Of a stretch of 64,000 nt of DNA, positions 1-14,200 are shown in pieces. Both the position numbers and the translations under genes were made by a program. Source of the stretch: Antedon mediterranea (Eukaryota > Animalia > Echinodermata); NCBI RefSeq assembly GCF_964355755.1, contig NC_092677.1, forward strand, positions 20,296,101-20,360,100, read 5' to 3'. Within the stretch, counting starts at the first letter, position 1. Each line of letters starts with the position of its first letter. The notes below the pieces were generated by a model, which saw nothing but the letters and a program-made list of their open reading frames with translations, was not told where the DNA came from and ran no database searches.

Positions 1-675
1 TGGTAGTTGGTGTGTATGGCCGCACCGTCCCAGAATAAACATGTTTTAAACAGATAATTTGTCTCCGATGATTTTTGTATGGGGTTAATGGAGAGTGAAA
101 TAGATCAAATATAAAACATTTGCAAAGATGCCGATTTCCAGACTGATTTCGAAACTTAGATTAATTCCGCCGGGCTGGGCCTTAGGCATATACGAAGTCG
201 AGTTTTTAAAGTAGAAAACTCTACCTAAACTTTTGAATTCGCATCTGGATAGTTGAATTTTTAACAAATATCATAAATATCATAGGTGATTATGTATGGT
301 AATAAGTATAAGTATAAGTGCAATTCTGGGCTCTATATTCACTATTAGTTCTGCCCCAAACATGGTGGGCTAGTAGGCCTACTGGAGACCTAATATTTAA
401 TTTCATATTTCAATGAATAGGTGCACTTTCCGGTGACAAGCTCTACTGTCCTTGTTAGTCTTATATATTTTGTTTCATATAATTTCAAATCATGTAAAGT
501 ACCATTTTCAGGCGGGAGTCTGTGCAACTCTATTTTTTTTATTTTAAACAGTTTGGTATGCCGTCGTGGTTGTTATGCAAATGAGCTTGTGCACGTGTAT
601 GGAAGATAATATGTAAATCATTCGCGGTCAACACGCCACACTGTTAAATTTTGATGCTGTTAATATTTACATTAG
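1..675. other. Non-satellite flanking DNA of unknown function
   Basis: No similarity to the monomer or the HINE, no credible ORF, and no tRNA-like structure seen. Confidence 0.6.
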
Positions 676-3600
676 AATATTGCCTGGAGGTTCGAACCCA
701 CTACTGCGAGCACTCAAACTTGAGCATTACCCGTTACGCCTCAAACCAGTAGATGATTGAAGAGCTGATAATACTCTATTTATATGAAATGAATAATAAA
801 TCAATGAAAAATAATGCCATGCAACTTTGTTTCTGATTTTAAAAAAGGTTCACTTGTTTAGGCCTGACATTTACAACCCTCAAAATATCTCACTTTCAAA
901 AACAATATTTATTTTCAATTTACAAAAAAAATAAAATATCCCTAGAAGTTCGACCCCACTATTGAAATCACTCAAACCTGAGCATTACCCGTTACGCCGC
1001 AAACCAGTATATGACTGAAGAGCTGATAATAGTCTATGTATATGAAATGGATGATCAATCAATGAAAAATAATGCCATGCAACTTTGTTTCTGATTTTAA
1101 AAAAGGTCCACTTGTTTAGGCCTGACATTTACAACCCTCAAAATATCTCACTTTCAAAAACAATATTTATTTTCAATTTAAAAAAAAAAAAAATCCCTAG
1201 AGGTTCGAACCCACTACAAAGAGCACTCAAACCGGAGCATTATCCGTTACGCCACAAACCAGTAGATGACTGAGGAGCTGATAATAGTCTATTTATATGA
1301 AATAAATGATCAATCAATGAAAAATAATGTCATGCAACTTTGTTTCTGATTTTAAAAAAGGTCCACTTGTTTAGGCCTGACATTTACAACCCTCAAAATA
1401 TCTCACTTTCAAAAACAATATTATTTTCAATTAAAAAAAAAAAAGAAAAAAAATATTCGTAGAGGTTCGAACCCACTACTGCGAGAACTCAAACCTGAGC
1501 ACTACCGGTTACGCCACAAACCAGTAGATGACTGAAGAGCTGATAACAGTCTATTTATATGAAATAAATGATCAATCAATGAAAAATAATGCCATGCAAC
1601 TTTGTTTCTGATTTTAAAAAAGGTCCACTTGTTTAGGCCTGACATTTACAACCCTCAAAATATCTCACTTTCAAAAACAATATTTATTTTCAATTTAAAA
1701 AAAAAAAAATCCCTAGAGGTTCGAACCCACTACTAAGAGCACTCAAACCTGAGCATTATCCGTTACGGCACAAACCAGTAGATGACTGAGGAGCTGATAA
1801 TAGTCTATTTATATGAAATAAATGATCAATCAATGAAAAATAATGTCATGCAACTTTGCTTCTGATTTTAAAAAAGGTCCACTTGTTGAGGCCTGACATT
1901 TACAACCCTCAAAATATCTCACTTTCAAAAACAATATTATTTTCAATAAAAAAAAAAAAAGAAAAACAATATTCGTAGAGGTTCGAACCCACTACTCCGA
2001 GAACTCAAACCTGAGCACTACCGGTTACGCCACAAACCAGTAGATGACTGAAGAGCTGATAACAGTCTATTTATATGAAATAAATGATCAATCAATGAAA
2101 AATAATGCCATGCAACTTTGTTTCTGATTTTAAAAAAGGTCCACTTGTTTAGGCCTGACATTTACAACCCTCAAAATATCTCACTTTCAAAAACAATATT
2201 TATTTTCAATTTAAAAAAAAAAAAATCCCTAGAGGTTCGAACCCACTACTAAGAGCACTCAAACCTGAGCATTATCCGTTACGGCACAAACCAGTAGATG
2301 ACTGAGGAGCTGATAATAGTCTATTTATATGAAATAAATGATCAATCAATGAAAAATAATGTCATGCAACTTTGCTTCTGATTTTAAAAAAGGTCCACTT
2401 GTTGAGGCCTGACATTTACAACCCTCAAAATATCTCACTTTCAAAAACAATATTATTTTCAATTAAAAAAAAAAAAGAAAAAAAATATTCGTAGAGGTTC
2501 GAACCCACTACTGCGAGAACTCAAACCTGAGCACTACCGGTTACGCCACAAACCAGTAGATGACTGAAGAGCTGATAACAGTCTATTTATATGAAATAAA
2601 TGATCAATCAATGAAAAATAATGCCATGCAACTTTGTTTCTGATTTTAAAAAAGGTCCACTTGTTTAGGCCTGACATTTACAACCCTCAAAATATCTCAC
2701 TTTCAAAAACAATATTTATTTTCAATTTAAAAAAAAAAAAATCCCTAGAGGTTCGAACCCACTACTAAGAGCACTCAAACCTGAGCATTATCCGTTACGG
2801 CACAAACCAGTAGATGACTGAGGAGCTGATAATAGTCTATTTATATGAAATAAATGATCAATCAATGAAAAATAATGTCATGCAACTTTGCTTCTGATTT
2901 TAAAAAAGGTCCACTTGTTGAGGCCTGACATTTACAACCCTCAAAATATCTCACTTTCAAAAACAATATTATTTTCAATAAAAAAAAAAAAAAAGAAAAA
3001 CAATATTCGTAGAGGTTCGAACCCACTACTGCGAGAACTCAAACCTGAGCACTACCGGTTACGCCACAAACCAGTAGATGACTGAAGTGCTGATAACAGT
3101 CTATTTATATGAAATAAATGATCAATCAATGAAAAATAATGCCATGCAACTTTGTTTCTGATTTTAAAAAAGATCCATTTGTTTAGGCCTGACATTCACA
3201 ACCCTAAAAAAATATCTCATTTTCCCAAAAAATATTTATTTTCAATAAGAAAAAAAAAAGCAATATCCCTAGAGGTTGGAACCCGCTACTGCGAGCACTC
3301 AAACCTGGGTATTACCCGTTACGCCACAAACCAGTAGATAACTGAAGAGCTGATAATAGTCTATTTATATGAAATTAATGATCAATCAATGAAAAATAAT
3401 GCCATGCAACTTTGTTTCTGATTTTAAAAAAGGTTCACTTGTTTAGGCCTGACATTTACAACCCTCAAAATATCTAACTTTGAAAAACAATATTTATTTT
3501 CAATTTAAAAAAAAAATCCCTAGAGGTTCGAACCCACTATATGAGAGCACTCAAACCTGAGCGTTATCCGTTACGCCTGAAACCAGTAGATGACTGAAGA

Positions 3601-6600
3601 GCTGATAATACTCTATTTATATGAAATGAATAATAAATCAATGAAAAATAATGTCATGCAACATTGTTTCTGATTTTAAAAAAGTTCATTTGTTTAGGCC
3701 TGACATTTACAACCCTCAAAATATCTCAATTTCAAAAACAATATTTATTTTCAAATAATAAAAAATATCCTTACAGGTTGGAACCCGCTACTGAGAGCAC
3801 TCAAACCTGGGTATTACCCGTTACGCCACAAACCAGTAGATGACTGAAGAGCTGATAATACTCTATTTATATGAAATAAATAACAAATCAATGAAAAATA
3901 ATGCCATGCAAATTTGTTTCTGATTTTAAAAAAGGTTCATTTGTTTAGGCTTGACATTTACAACCCTCAAAATATCTCACTTTAAAAAAAAATTTTATTT
4001 TCAATTAAAAAAAAAAAGAAAACAAATATTCGTAGAGGTTCGAACCCACTACTGCGAGAACTCAAACCTGAGCATTATCCGTTACGCCACAAACCAGTAG
4101 ATGACTGAGGAGCTGATAATAGTCTATTTATATGAAATAACTGATCAATCAATGAAAAATAATGTCATGCAACTTTGTTTCTGATTTTAAAAAAGGTCCA
4201 CTTGTTTAGGCCTGACATTTACAACCCTCAAAATATCTCACTTTCAAAAACAATATTTATTTTCAATTTAAAAAAAAAAATCCCTAGAGGTTCGAACCCA
4301 CTACTGAGAGCACTCAAACCTGAGCGTTATCCGTTACGCCTGAAACCAGTAGATGACTGAAGAGCTGATAATACTCTATTTATATGAAATGAATAATAAA
4401 TAATATTAATTTTCAATTAAAAAAAAAAGAAAAAAAATATTCGTAGAGGTTCGAACCCACTACTGCGAGAACTCAAACCTGAGCATTATCCGTTACGCCA
4501 CAAACCAGTAGATGACTGAGGAGCTGATAATAGTCTATTTATATGAAATAAATGATCAATCAATGAAAAATAATGTCATGCAACTTTGCTTCTGATTTTA
4601 AAAAAGGTCCACTTGTTGAGGCCTGACATTTACAACCCTCAAAATATCTCACTTTCAAAAACAATATTATTTTCAATAAAAAAAAAAAAAGAAAAACAAT
4701 ATTCGTAGAGGTTCGAACCCACTACTGCGAGAACTCAAACCTGAGCACTACCGGTTACGCCACAAACCAGTAGATGACTGAAGAGCTGATAACAGTCTAT
4801 TTATATGAAATAAATGATCAATCAATGAAAAATAATGCCATGCAACTTTGTTTCTGATTTTAAAAAAGGTCCACTTGTTTAGGCCTGACATTTACAACCC
4901 TCAAAATATCTCACTTTCAAAAACAATATTTATTTTCAATTTAAAAAAAAAAAAATCCCTAGAGGTTCGAACCCACTACTAAGAGCACTCAAAACTGAGC
5001 ATTATCCGTTACGGCACAAACCAGTAGATGACTGAGGATCTGATAATAGTCTATTTATATGAAATAATTGATCAATCAATGAAAAATAATGTCATGCAAC
5101 TTTGCTTCTGATTTTAAAAAAGGTCCACTTGTTGAGGCCTGACATTTACAACCCTCAAAATATCTCACTTTCAAAAACAATATTATTTTCAATTAAAAAA
5201 AAAAAAGAAAAACAATATTCGTAGAGGTCCGAACCCACTACTGCGAGAACTCAAACCTGAGCACTACCGGTTACGCCACAAACCAGTAGATGACTGAAGT
5301 GCTGATAACAGTCTATTTATATGAAATAAATGATCAATCAATGAAAAATAATGCCATGCAACTTTGTTTCTGATTTTAAAAAAGATCCATTTGTTTAGGC
5401 CTGACATTCACAACCCTAAAAAATATCTCATTTTCCCAAAAAATATTTATTTTCAATAAGAAAAAAAAAAGCAATATCCCTAGAGGTTGGAACCCGCTAC
5501 TGCGAGCACTCAAACCTGGGTATTACCCGTTACGCCACAAACCAGTAGATAACTGAAGAGCTGATAATAGTCTATTTATATGAAATTAATGATCAATCAA
5601 TGAAAAATAATGCCATGCAACTTTGTTTCTGATTTTAAAAAAGGTTCACTTGTTTAGGCCTGACATTTACAACCCTCAAAATATCTCACTTTCAAAAACA
5701 ATATTTATTTTCAATTTAAAAAAAAAAATCCCTAGAGGTTCGAACCCACTACTGAGAGCACTCAAACCTAAGCGTTATCCGTTACGCCTGAAACCAGTAG
5801 ATGACTGAAGAGCTGATAATACTCTATTTATATGAAATGAATAATAAATAATATTAATTTTCAATTAAAAAAAAAAGGAAAAAAATATTCGTAGAGGTTC
5901 GAACCCACTACTGCGAGAACTCAAACCTGAGCATTATCCGTTACGCCACAAACCAGTAGATGACTGAGGAGCTGATAATAGTCTATTTATATGAAATAAA
6001 TGATCAATCAATGAAAAATAATGTCATGCAACTTTGCTTCTGATTTTAAAAAAGGTCCACTTGTTGAGGCCTGACATTTACAACCCTCAAAATATCTCAC
6101 TTTCAAAAACAATATTATTTTCAATTAAAAAAAAAAAAGAAAAACAATATTCGTAGAGGTTCGAACCCACTACTGGGAGAACTCAAACCTGAGCACTACC
6201 GGTTACGCCACAAACCAGTAGATGACTGAAGTGCTGATAACAGTCTATTTATATGAAATAAATGATCAATCAATGAAAAATAATGCCATGCAACTTTGTT
6301 TCTGATTTTAAAAAAGGTCCACTTGTTTAGGCCTGACATTTACAACCCTCAAAATATCTCACTTTCAAAAACAATATTTATTTTCAATTTAAAAAAAAAA
6401 AATCACTAGAGGTTCGAACCCACTACTAAGAGCACTCAAACCTGAGCATTATCCGTTACGGCACAAACCAGTAGATAACTGAAGCGCTGATAATAGTCTA
6501 TTTATATGAAATTAATGATCAATCAATGAAAAATAATGCCATGCAACTTTGTTTCTGATTTTAAAAAAGGTTCACTTGTTTAGGCCTGACATTTACAACC

Positions 6601-9600
6601 CTCAAAATATCTCACTTTCAAAAACAATATTATTTTCAATAAAAAAAAAAAGAAACAACATATCCGTAGAGGTTCGAACCCACTAGTGAGAGCACTCAAA
6701 CTTGAGTATTACCCGTTAGGCCACAAACCAGTAGATGACTGAAGAGCTGATAATACTCTATTTATATGAAATAAATAATAAATCAATGAAAAATAATGCC
6801 ATGCAACTTTGTTTCTGATTTTAAAAAAGGTTCATTTGTTTAGGCTTGACATTTACAACCCTCAAAATATCTCACTTTAAAAAAAATATTTATTTTCAAT
6901 TAAAAAAAAGAAAGAAAAGAAATATCCCTAGAGGTTCGAACCCACTACTGCGAGCACTCAAACTTGAGCATTACCCGTTACGCCTCAAAGCAGTAGATGA
7001 CTGAAGAGCTGATAATACTCTATTTATATGAAATGAATAATAAATCAATGAAAAATAATACCATGCAACTTTGTTTCTGATTTTAAAAAAGGTTCACTTG
7101 TTTAGGCCTGACATTTACAACCCTCAAAATATCTCACTTTCAAAAACAATATTTATTTTCAATTAAAAAAAAAAGAAAAGAAATATCCCTAGAGGTTCGA
7201 ACCCAATACTGCGAGCACTCAAACTTGAGCATTACCCGTTACGCCTCAAACCAGTAGATGACTGAAGAGCTGATAATACTCTCTTTATATGAAAAATGAA
7301 TAATAAATAAATGAAAAATAATGCCATGCAACTTTGTTTCTGATTTTAAAAAAGGTTCACTTGTTTAGGCCTGACATTTACAACCCTCAAACTATCTCAC
7401 TTTCAAAAACAATATTATTTTAAATTTAAAAAAAAAAAAAAAAAAATATTCGTAGAGGTTCGAACCCACCACTGCGAGAACTCAAACCTGAGCAATACCA
7501 GTTACGCTACAAACCAGTAGATGACTGAAGAGCTGATAATAGTCTATTTATATGAAATTAATGATCAATCAATGAAAAATAATGCCATGCAACTTTGTTT
7601 CTGATTTTAAAAAAGGTTCATTTGTTTAGGCCTGACATTTCCAACCCTCAAAATATCTCACTTTCAAAAAAAATATTTATTTTCAAATAAAAAAAAATAA
7701 AAAAAATATACCTAGAAGTTCGAACCCACTATTGAAATCACTCAAACCTGAGCATTACCCGTTACGCCGCAAACCAGTATATGACTGAAGAGCTGATAAT
7801 AGTCTATTTATATGAAATAGATGATCAACCAATGAAAAATAATGCCATGCAACTTCGTTTCTGATTTTATAAAAGGTTCACTTGTTTAGGCCTGACAGTT
7901 GCAACCCTCAAAATATCTCACTTTCAAAAACAATATTTATTTTCAATTAAAAAAAAAAGAAAAAAAAATACCCGTATAGGTTCGAACCCACTACCGAGAG
8001 CACTCAAACCTGAGCATTACCCGTTACGCTTCAAACCAGTAGATGACTGAAGAGCTGATAATACTCTATTTATATGAAATGAATAATAAATCAATGAAAA
8101 ATAATGCCATGCAACTTTTTTTCTGATTTTAAAAAAGGTCCACTTGTTTAGGCCTGACATTTACAACCCTCAAAATATCTCACTTTCAAAAACAATATTT
8201 ATTTTCAATTAAAAAAAAAAAAGAAAAAAAATATTCCTAGAGGTTCGAACTCACTACTGCGAGCACTCAAACTTGAGCACTACCTCAAACCAGTAGATGA
8301 CTGAAGAGCTGATAATACTCTATTTATATGAAATGAATAATAAACCAATGAAAAATAATGCCATACAACTTTGTTTCTGATTTAAAAAAAGGTTCACTTG
8401 TTTAGGCCCGACATTTACAACCCTCAAAATATCTCACTTTCAAAAACAATATTTATTTACAATTTAAAAAAAAAAGAAAAAAAATATCCCTAGAGGTTCG
8501 ACCCACTACTCAGAGCACTCAAACCTGGGTATAACCCGTTACGCCACAAACCAGTAGATAACTGAAGCGCTGATAATAGTCTATTTATATGAAATTAATG
8601 ATCAATCAATGAAAAATAATGCCATGCAACTTTGTTTCTGATTTTTAAAAAGATCCGTTTCTTTAGGCCTGACATTGACAACCCTAAAAAATATCTCATT
8701 TAAAAGAAAAATATTTATTTTCAATAAGAAAAAAAAAGCAATATCCCTAGAGGTTGGAACCCGCTACTGAGAGCACTCAAACCTGGGTATTACCCGTTAC
8801 GCCACAAACCAGTAGATAACTGAAGAGCTGATAATAGTCTATTTATATGAAATAATGATCAATCAATGAAAAATAATGCCATGCAACTTTGTTTCTGATT
8901 TTAAAAAAGGTCCACTTGTTTAGGCCTGACATTTACAACCCTCAAAATATCTCACTTTCAAAAACAATATTTTTTTCAATAAAAAAAAAAGAAAAAAAAT
9001 ATTCGTACAGGTTCGGACCCACTACTGCGAGAACTCAAACCTGAGCATTACCCGTTACGCCTCAAACCAGTAGATGACTGAAGAGCTGATAATACTCTAT
9101 TTATATGAAATGAATGATAAATAAATGAAAAATAATGCCACGCAACTTTTTTTCTGATTTTAAAAAAGGTTCACTTGTTTAGGCCTGACATTTACAACCC
9201 TCAAAATATCTCACTTTCAAAAACAATATTTATTTTCAATTTAAAAAAAAAAAAATCCCTAGAGGTACGAACCCACTACTGAGAGAACTCAAACCTGAGC
9301 ATTACCGGTTACGCCACAAACCAGTAGGTGAGTGAAGAGCTGATAATAGTCTATTTTTATGAAATGAATGATCCATCAATGTAAAATGATGTTATGCAAC
9401 TTTGTTTCTGATTTAAAAAAAGGTCCACTTGGTTAGGCTTGAAATTTAAAACCATAAAAATATCTCACTTTCAAAAACAATATTTATTTTCAAATAAAAA
9501 AAAAAGAAAAAAAATATCCCTAGAAGTCGAACCCACTATTGAAATCACTCAAACCTGAGCATTACCCGTTACGCCGCAAACCAGTATATGACTGAAGAGC

Positions 9601-11107
9601 TGATAATAGTCTATTTATATGAAATGGATGATCAATCAATGAAAAATAATGCCATGCAACAATAGTCTATATATATAAAATGAATGATCAATCAATGAAA
9701 AATAATGCCATGCAACTTTGTTTCTGATTTTGAAAAAGGTCCACTTGTTTAGGCCTGACATTTACAACCCTCAAAATATCTCACTTCTAAAAACCATATT
9801 TATTTTCAATTTAAAAAAAACAGAAAAAAATTATCCCTAGAGGTACAACCCACTACTCATAGCATTCAAACCTGAGCATTACCCGTTACGCCACAAACCA
9901 GTAGATGACTGAAGAGCTGATAATAGTCTATTTATATGAAATGAATTATCAATCAATGAAAAATAATGCCATGCAACTTTGTTTCTGATTTTTAAAAATA
10001 TCCATTTGTTTAGGCCTGACATTCACAACCCTAAAAAATATCTCATTTTCAAAAAAAATATTTATTTTCAATAAGAAAAAAAAAGCAATATCTCTAGAGG
10101 TTGGAACCCGCTACTGAGAGCACTCAAACCTGGGTATTACCCGTTACGCCACAAACCAGTAGATAACTGAAGAGCTGATAATAGTCTATTTATATGAAAT
10201 TAATGATCAATCAATGAAAAATAATGCCATGCAACTTTGTTTCTGATTTTAAAAAAGGTCCACTTGTTTAGGCCTGACATTTACAACCCTCAAAATATCT
10301 CACTTTCAAAAACAATATTTTTTTCAATAAAAAAAAATAAAATAAAAACATATTCGTAGACGATCGAACCCACTACTGCGAGAACTCAAACCTGAGCATT
10401 ACCCGTTACGCCTCAAACCAGTAGATGGCTGAAGAGCTGATAATACTCTATTTATATCAAATTAATAATAAATCAATGAAAAATAATGCCATGCAACTTT
10501 GTTTCTGATTTTAAAAAAGGTTCACTTGTTTAGGCCTGACATTTACAACCCTCAAAATATCTCACTTTCAAAAACAATATTTATTTTAAATAAAAAAAAA
10601 AAAAATATCCGTAGAGGTTCGAACCCACTAGTGAGAGCACTCAAACTTGAGCATTACCCGTTACGCCACAAATCAGTAGATAACTGAAGAGCTGATAATA
10701 GTCTATTTATATGAAATGAATGATAAATAAATGAAAAATAATGCCATGCAACTTTGTTTCTGATTTTAAAAAAGGTCCACTTGTTTAGGCCTGACATTTA
10801 CAACCCTCAAAATATCTCACTTTCAAAAACAATATTTTTTTCAATAAAAAAAAAAAAGAAAAAAAATATTCGTAGAGGTTCGAACCCACTACTGCGAGAA
10901 CTCAAACCTGAGCATTACCCGTTACGCCTCAAACCAGTAGATGACTGAAGAGCTGATAATACTCTATTTATATGAAATTAATAATAAATCAATGAAAAAT
11001 AATGCTATGCAACTTTGTTTCTGATTTTTAAAAAGGTTCACTTGTTTAGGCCTGACATTTACAACCCTCAAAATATCTCACTTTCAAAAACAATATTTAT
11101 TTTAAAT

Positions 11108-11234
11108 AAAAAAAAAAAAGAAACAAAATATCCGTAGAGGTTCGAACCCACTAGTGAGAGCACTCAAACTTGAGCATTACCCGTTACGCCACAAACCAGT
11201 AGATGACTGAAGAGCTGACAATACTCTATTTATA
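11108..11234 (-). promoter_or_regulatory. Representative tRNA-derived Pol III cassette of the monomer (TATA, A box, B box, oligo-T), repeated in most monomers
   Basis: Minus strand: TATAAATA (11227-11234), A box TGGCGTAACGG (11181-11191, exact match to TRGCNNARYGG), D-stem-like GCGT/ATGC, B box GGTTCGAACC (11139-11148, matches GTTCRANNC), T run (11108-11119). A-to-B spacing is within 1 nt of a standard tRNA. Activity is not demonstrated. Confidence 0.72.
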
Positions 11235-14200
11235 TGAAATAAATAATAAATCAATGAAAAATAATGCCATGCAACTTTGTTTCTGATTTTAAAAAAGGTC
11301 CACTTGTTTAGGCCTGACATTTACAACCTCAAAATATCTCACTTTCAAAATCCATATTTATTTTCAATTAAAAAAAAAAAGAAAAAAAATATCCCTAGAG
11401 GTTCGACCCACTACTCAGAGAACTCAAACCTGAGCATTACCCGTTACGCCACAAACCAGTAGATGACTGAAGAGCTGATAATAGTCTATTTATATGAAAT
11501 GAATGATCAATCAATGAAAAATAATGCCATGCAACTTTGTTTCTGATTTAAAAAAATATCCATTTGTTTAGGCCTGACATTCACAACCCTAAAAAATATC
11601 TCATTTTCAAAAAAAATATTTATTTTCAATAAGAAAAAAAAAGCAATATCCCTAGAGGTTCGAACCCACTACTGCGAGAACTCAAACCTGAGCATTACCC
11701 GTTACGCCTCAAACCAGTAGATGACTGAAGAGCTGATAATACTCTATTTATATGAAATTCATAATAAATCAATGAAAAATAATGCCATGCAACTTTGTTT
11801 CTGATTTTAAAAAAGGTCCACTTGCTTAGGCCTGACATTTACAACCCTCAAAATATCTCACTTTCAAAAACAATATTTTTTTCAATAAAAAAAAAAGAAA
11901 AAAAATATTCGTACAGGTTCGAACCCACTACTGCGAGAACTCAAACCTGATCATTACCCGTTACGCCTCAAACCAGTAGATGACTGAAGAGCTGATAATA
12001 CTCTATTTATATGAAATGAATGATAAATAAATGAAAAATAATGCCATGCAACTTTGTTTCTGATTTTAAAAAAGGTTCACTTGTTTAGGCCTGACATTTA
12101 CAACCCTCAAAATATCTCACTTTCAAAAACAATATTTATTTTCAATTAAAAAAAAAAAAATCCCTAGAGGTACGAACCCACTACTGAGAGAACTCAAACC
12201 TGAGCATTACCGGTTACGCCACAAACCAGTAGGTGAGTGAAGAGCTGATAATAGTCTATTTTTATGAAATGAATGATCCATCAATGTAAAATGATGTTAT
12301 GCAACTTTGTTTCTGATTTAAAAAAAGGTCCACTTGGTTAGGCTTGAAATTTAAAACCATAAAAATATCTCACTTTCAAAAACAATATTTATTTTCAAAT
12401 AAAAAAAAAAAGAAAAAAAATATCCCTAGAAGTCGAACCCACTATTGAAATCACTCAAACCTGAGCATTACCCGTTACGCCGCAAACCAGTATATGACTG
12501 AAGAGCTGATAATAGTCTATTTATATGAAATGGATGATCAATCAATGAAAAATAATGCCATGCAACAATAGTCTATATATATAAAATGAATGATCAATCA
12601 ATGAAAAATAATGCCATGCAACTTTGTTTCTGATTTTAAAAAAGGTCCACTTGTTTAGGCCTGACATTTACAACCCTCAAAATATCTCACTCCCAAAAAC
12701 CATATTTATTTTTAATTTAAAAAAAACAGAAAAAAATTATCCCTAGAGGTACAACCCACTACTCAGAGCATTCAAACCTGAGCATTACCCGTTACGCCAC
12801 AAACCAGTAGATGACTGAAGAGCTGATAATAGTCTATTTATATGAAATGAATTATCAATCAATGAAAAATAATGCCATGCAACTTTGTTTCTGATTTTTA
12901 AAAATATCCATTTGTTTAGGCCTGACATTCACAACCCTAAAAAATATCTCATTTTCAAAAAAAATATTTATTTTCAATAAGAAAAAAAAAGCAATATCTC
13001 TAGAGGTTGGAACCCGCTACTGAGAGCATTCAAACCTGGGTATTACCCGTTACGCCACAAACCAGTAGATAACTGAAGAGCTGATAATACTCTATTTAAA
13101 TGAAATTAATGATCAATCAATGAAAAATAATGCCATGCAACTTTGTTTCTGATTTTAAAAAAGGTTCACTTGTTTAGGCCTGACATTTACAACCCTCAAA
13201 ATATCTCACTTTCAAAAACAATATTTATTTTAAATAAAAAAAAAAAAAGAAACAAAATATCCGTAGAGGTTCGAACCCACTAGTGAGAGCACTCAAACAT
13301 GAGCATTACCCGTTACGGCACAAACCAGTAGATGACTGAAGAGCTGATAATACTCTATTTATATGAAATAAATAATAAATCAATGAAAAATAATGCCATG
13401 CAACTTTGTTTCTGATTTTAAAAAAGGTCCACTTGTTTAGGTCTGACATTTACAACCCTCAAAATATCTCACTTTCAAAAACAATATTTATTTTCAATAA
13501 AAAAAAAAAAAAAATATTCGTAGAGGTTCGAACCCACTACTGCGAGAACTCAAACCTGAGCATTACCCGTTACGCCTCAAACCAGTAGATGACTGAAGAG
13601 CTGATAATACTCTATTTATATGAAATTAATAATAAATCAATGAAAAATAATGCAATGCAACTTTGTTTCTGATTTTAAAAAAGGTTCACTTGTTTAGGCC
13701 TGACATTTACAACCCTCAAAATATCTCACTTTCAAAAACAATATTTATTTTAAATAAAAAAAAAAAAAGAAACCAAATATCCGTAGATGTTCGAACCCAC
13801 TAGTGTGAGCACTCAAACTTGAGCATTACCCGTTACGCCACAAACCAGTAGATGACTGAAGAGCTGATAATACTCTATTTATATGAAATAAATAATCAAT
13901 CAATGAAAAATAATGCCATGCAACTTTGTTTCTGATTTTAAAAAAGGTCCACTTGTTTAGGCCTGATATTTACAACCCTCAAAATATCTCACTTTCAAAA
14001 ACCATATTTATTTTCAATTTAAAAAAAAAGAAAAAAAATATCCCTAGAGGTTCGACCCACTACTCAGAGCACTCAAACCTGAGCATTACCCGTTACGCCA
14101 CAAACCAGTAGATGACTGAAGAGCTGATAATAGTCTATTTATATGAAATGAATGATCAATCAATGAAAAATAATGCCATGCAACTTTGTTTCTGATTTTT

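Noticed and set aside
372-582. Palindrome agtaggcctact (~372-383) and octamer ATGCAAAT (575-582)
   Set aside because: These are isolated short motifs with no associated gene or element structure, and are insufficient to call regulatory sites.
85-609. ORFs 85-267 (-) and 421-609 (+)
   Set aside because: They are short, have non-ATG starts and show no recognisable domain, which is consistent with chance.
11125-11198. Monomer cassette as a functional tRNA gene (tandem tRNA array)
   Set aside because: The 5' TGGTTTG has no complementary 3' acceptor strand, and the anticodon and T stems do not pair properly. No anticodon can be assigned reliably.
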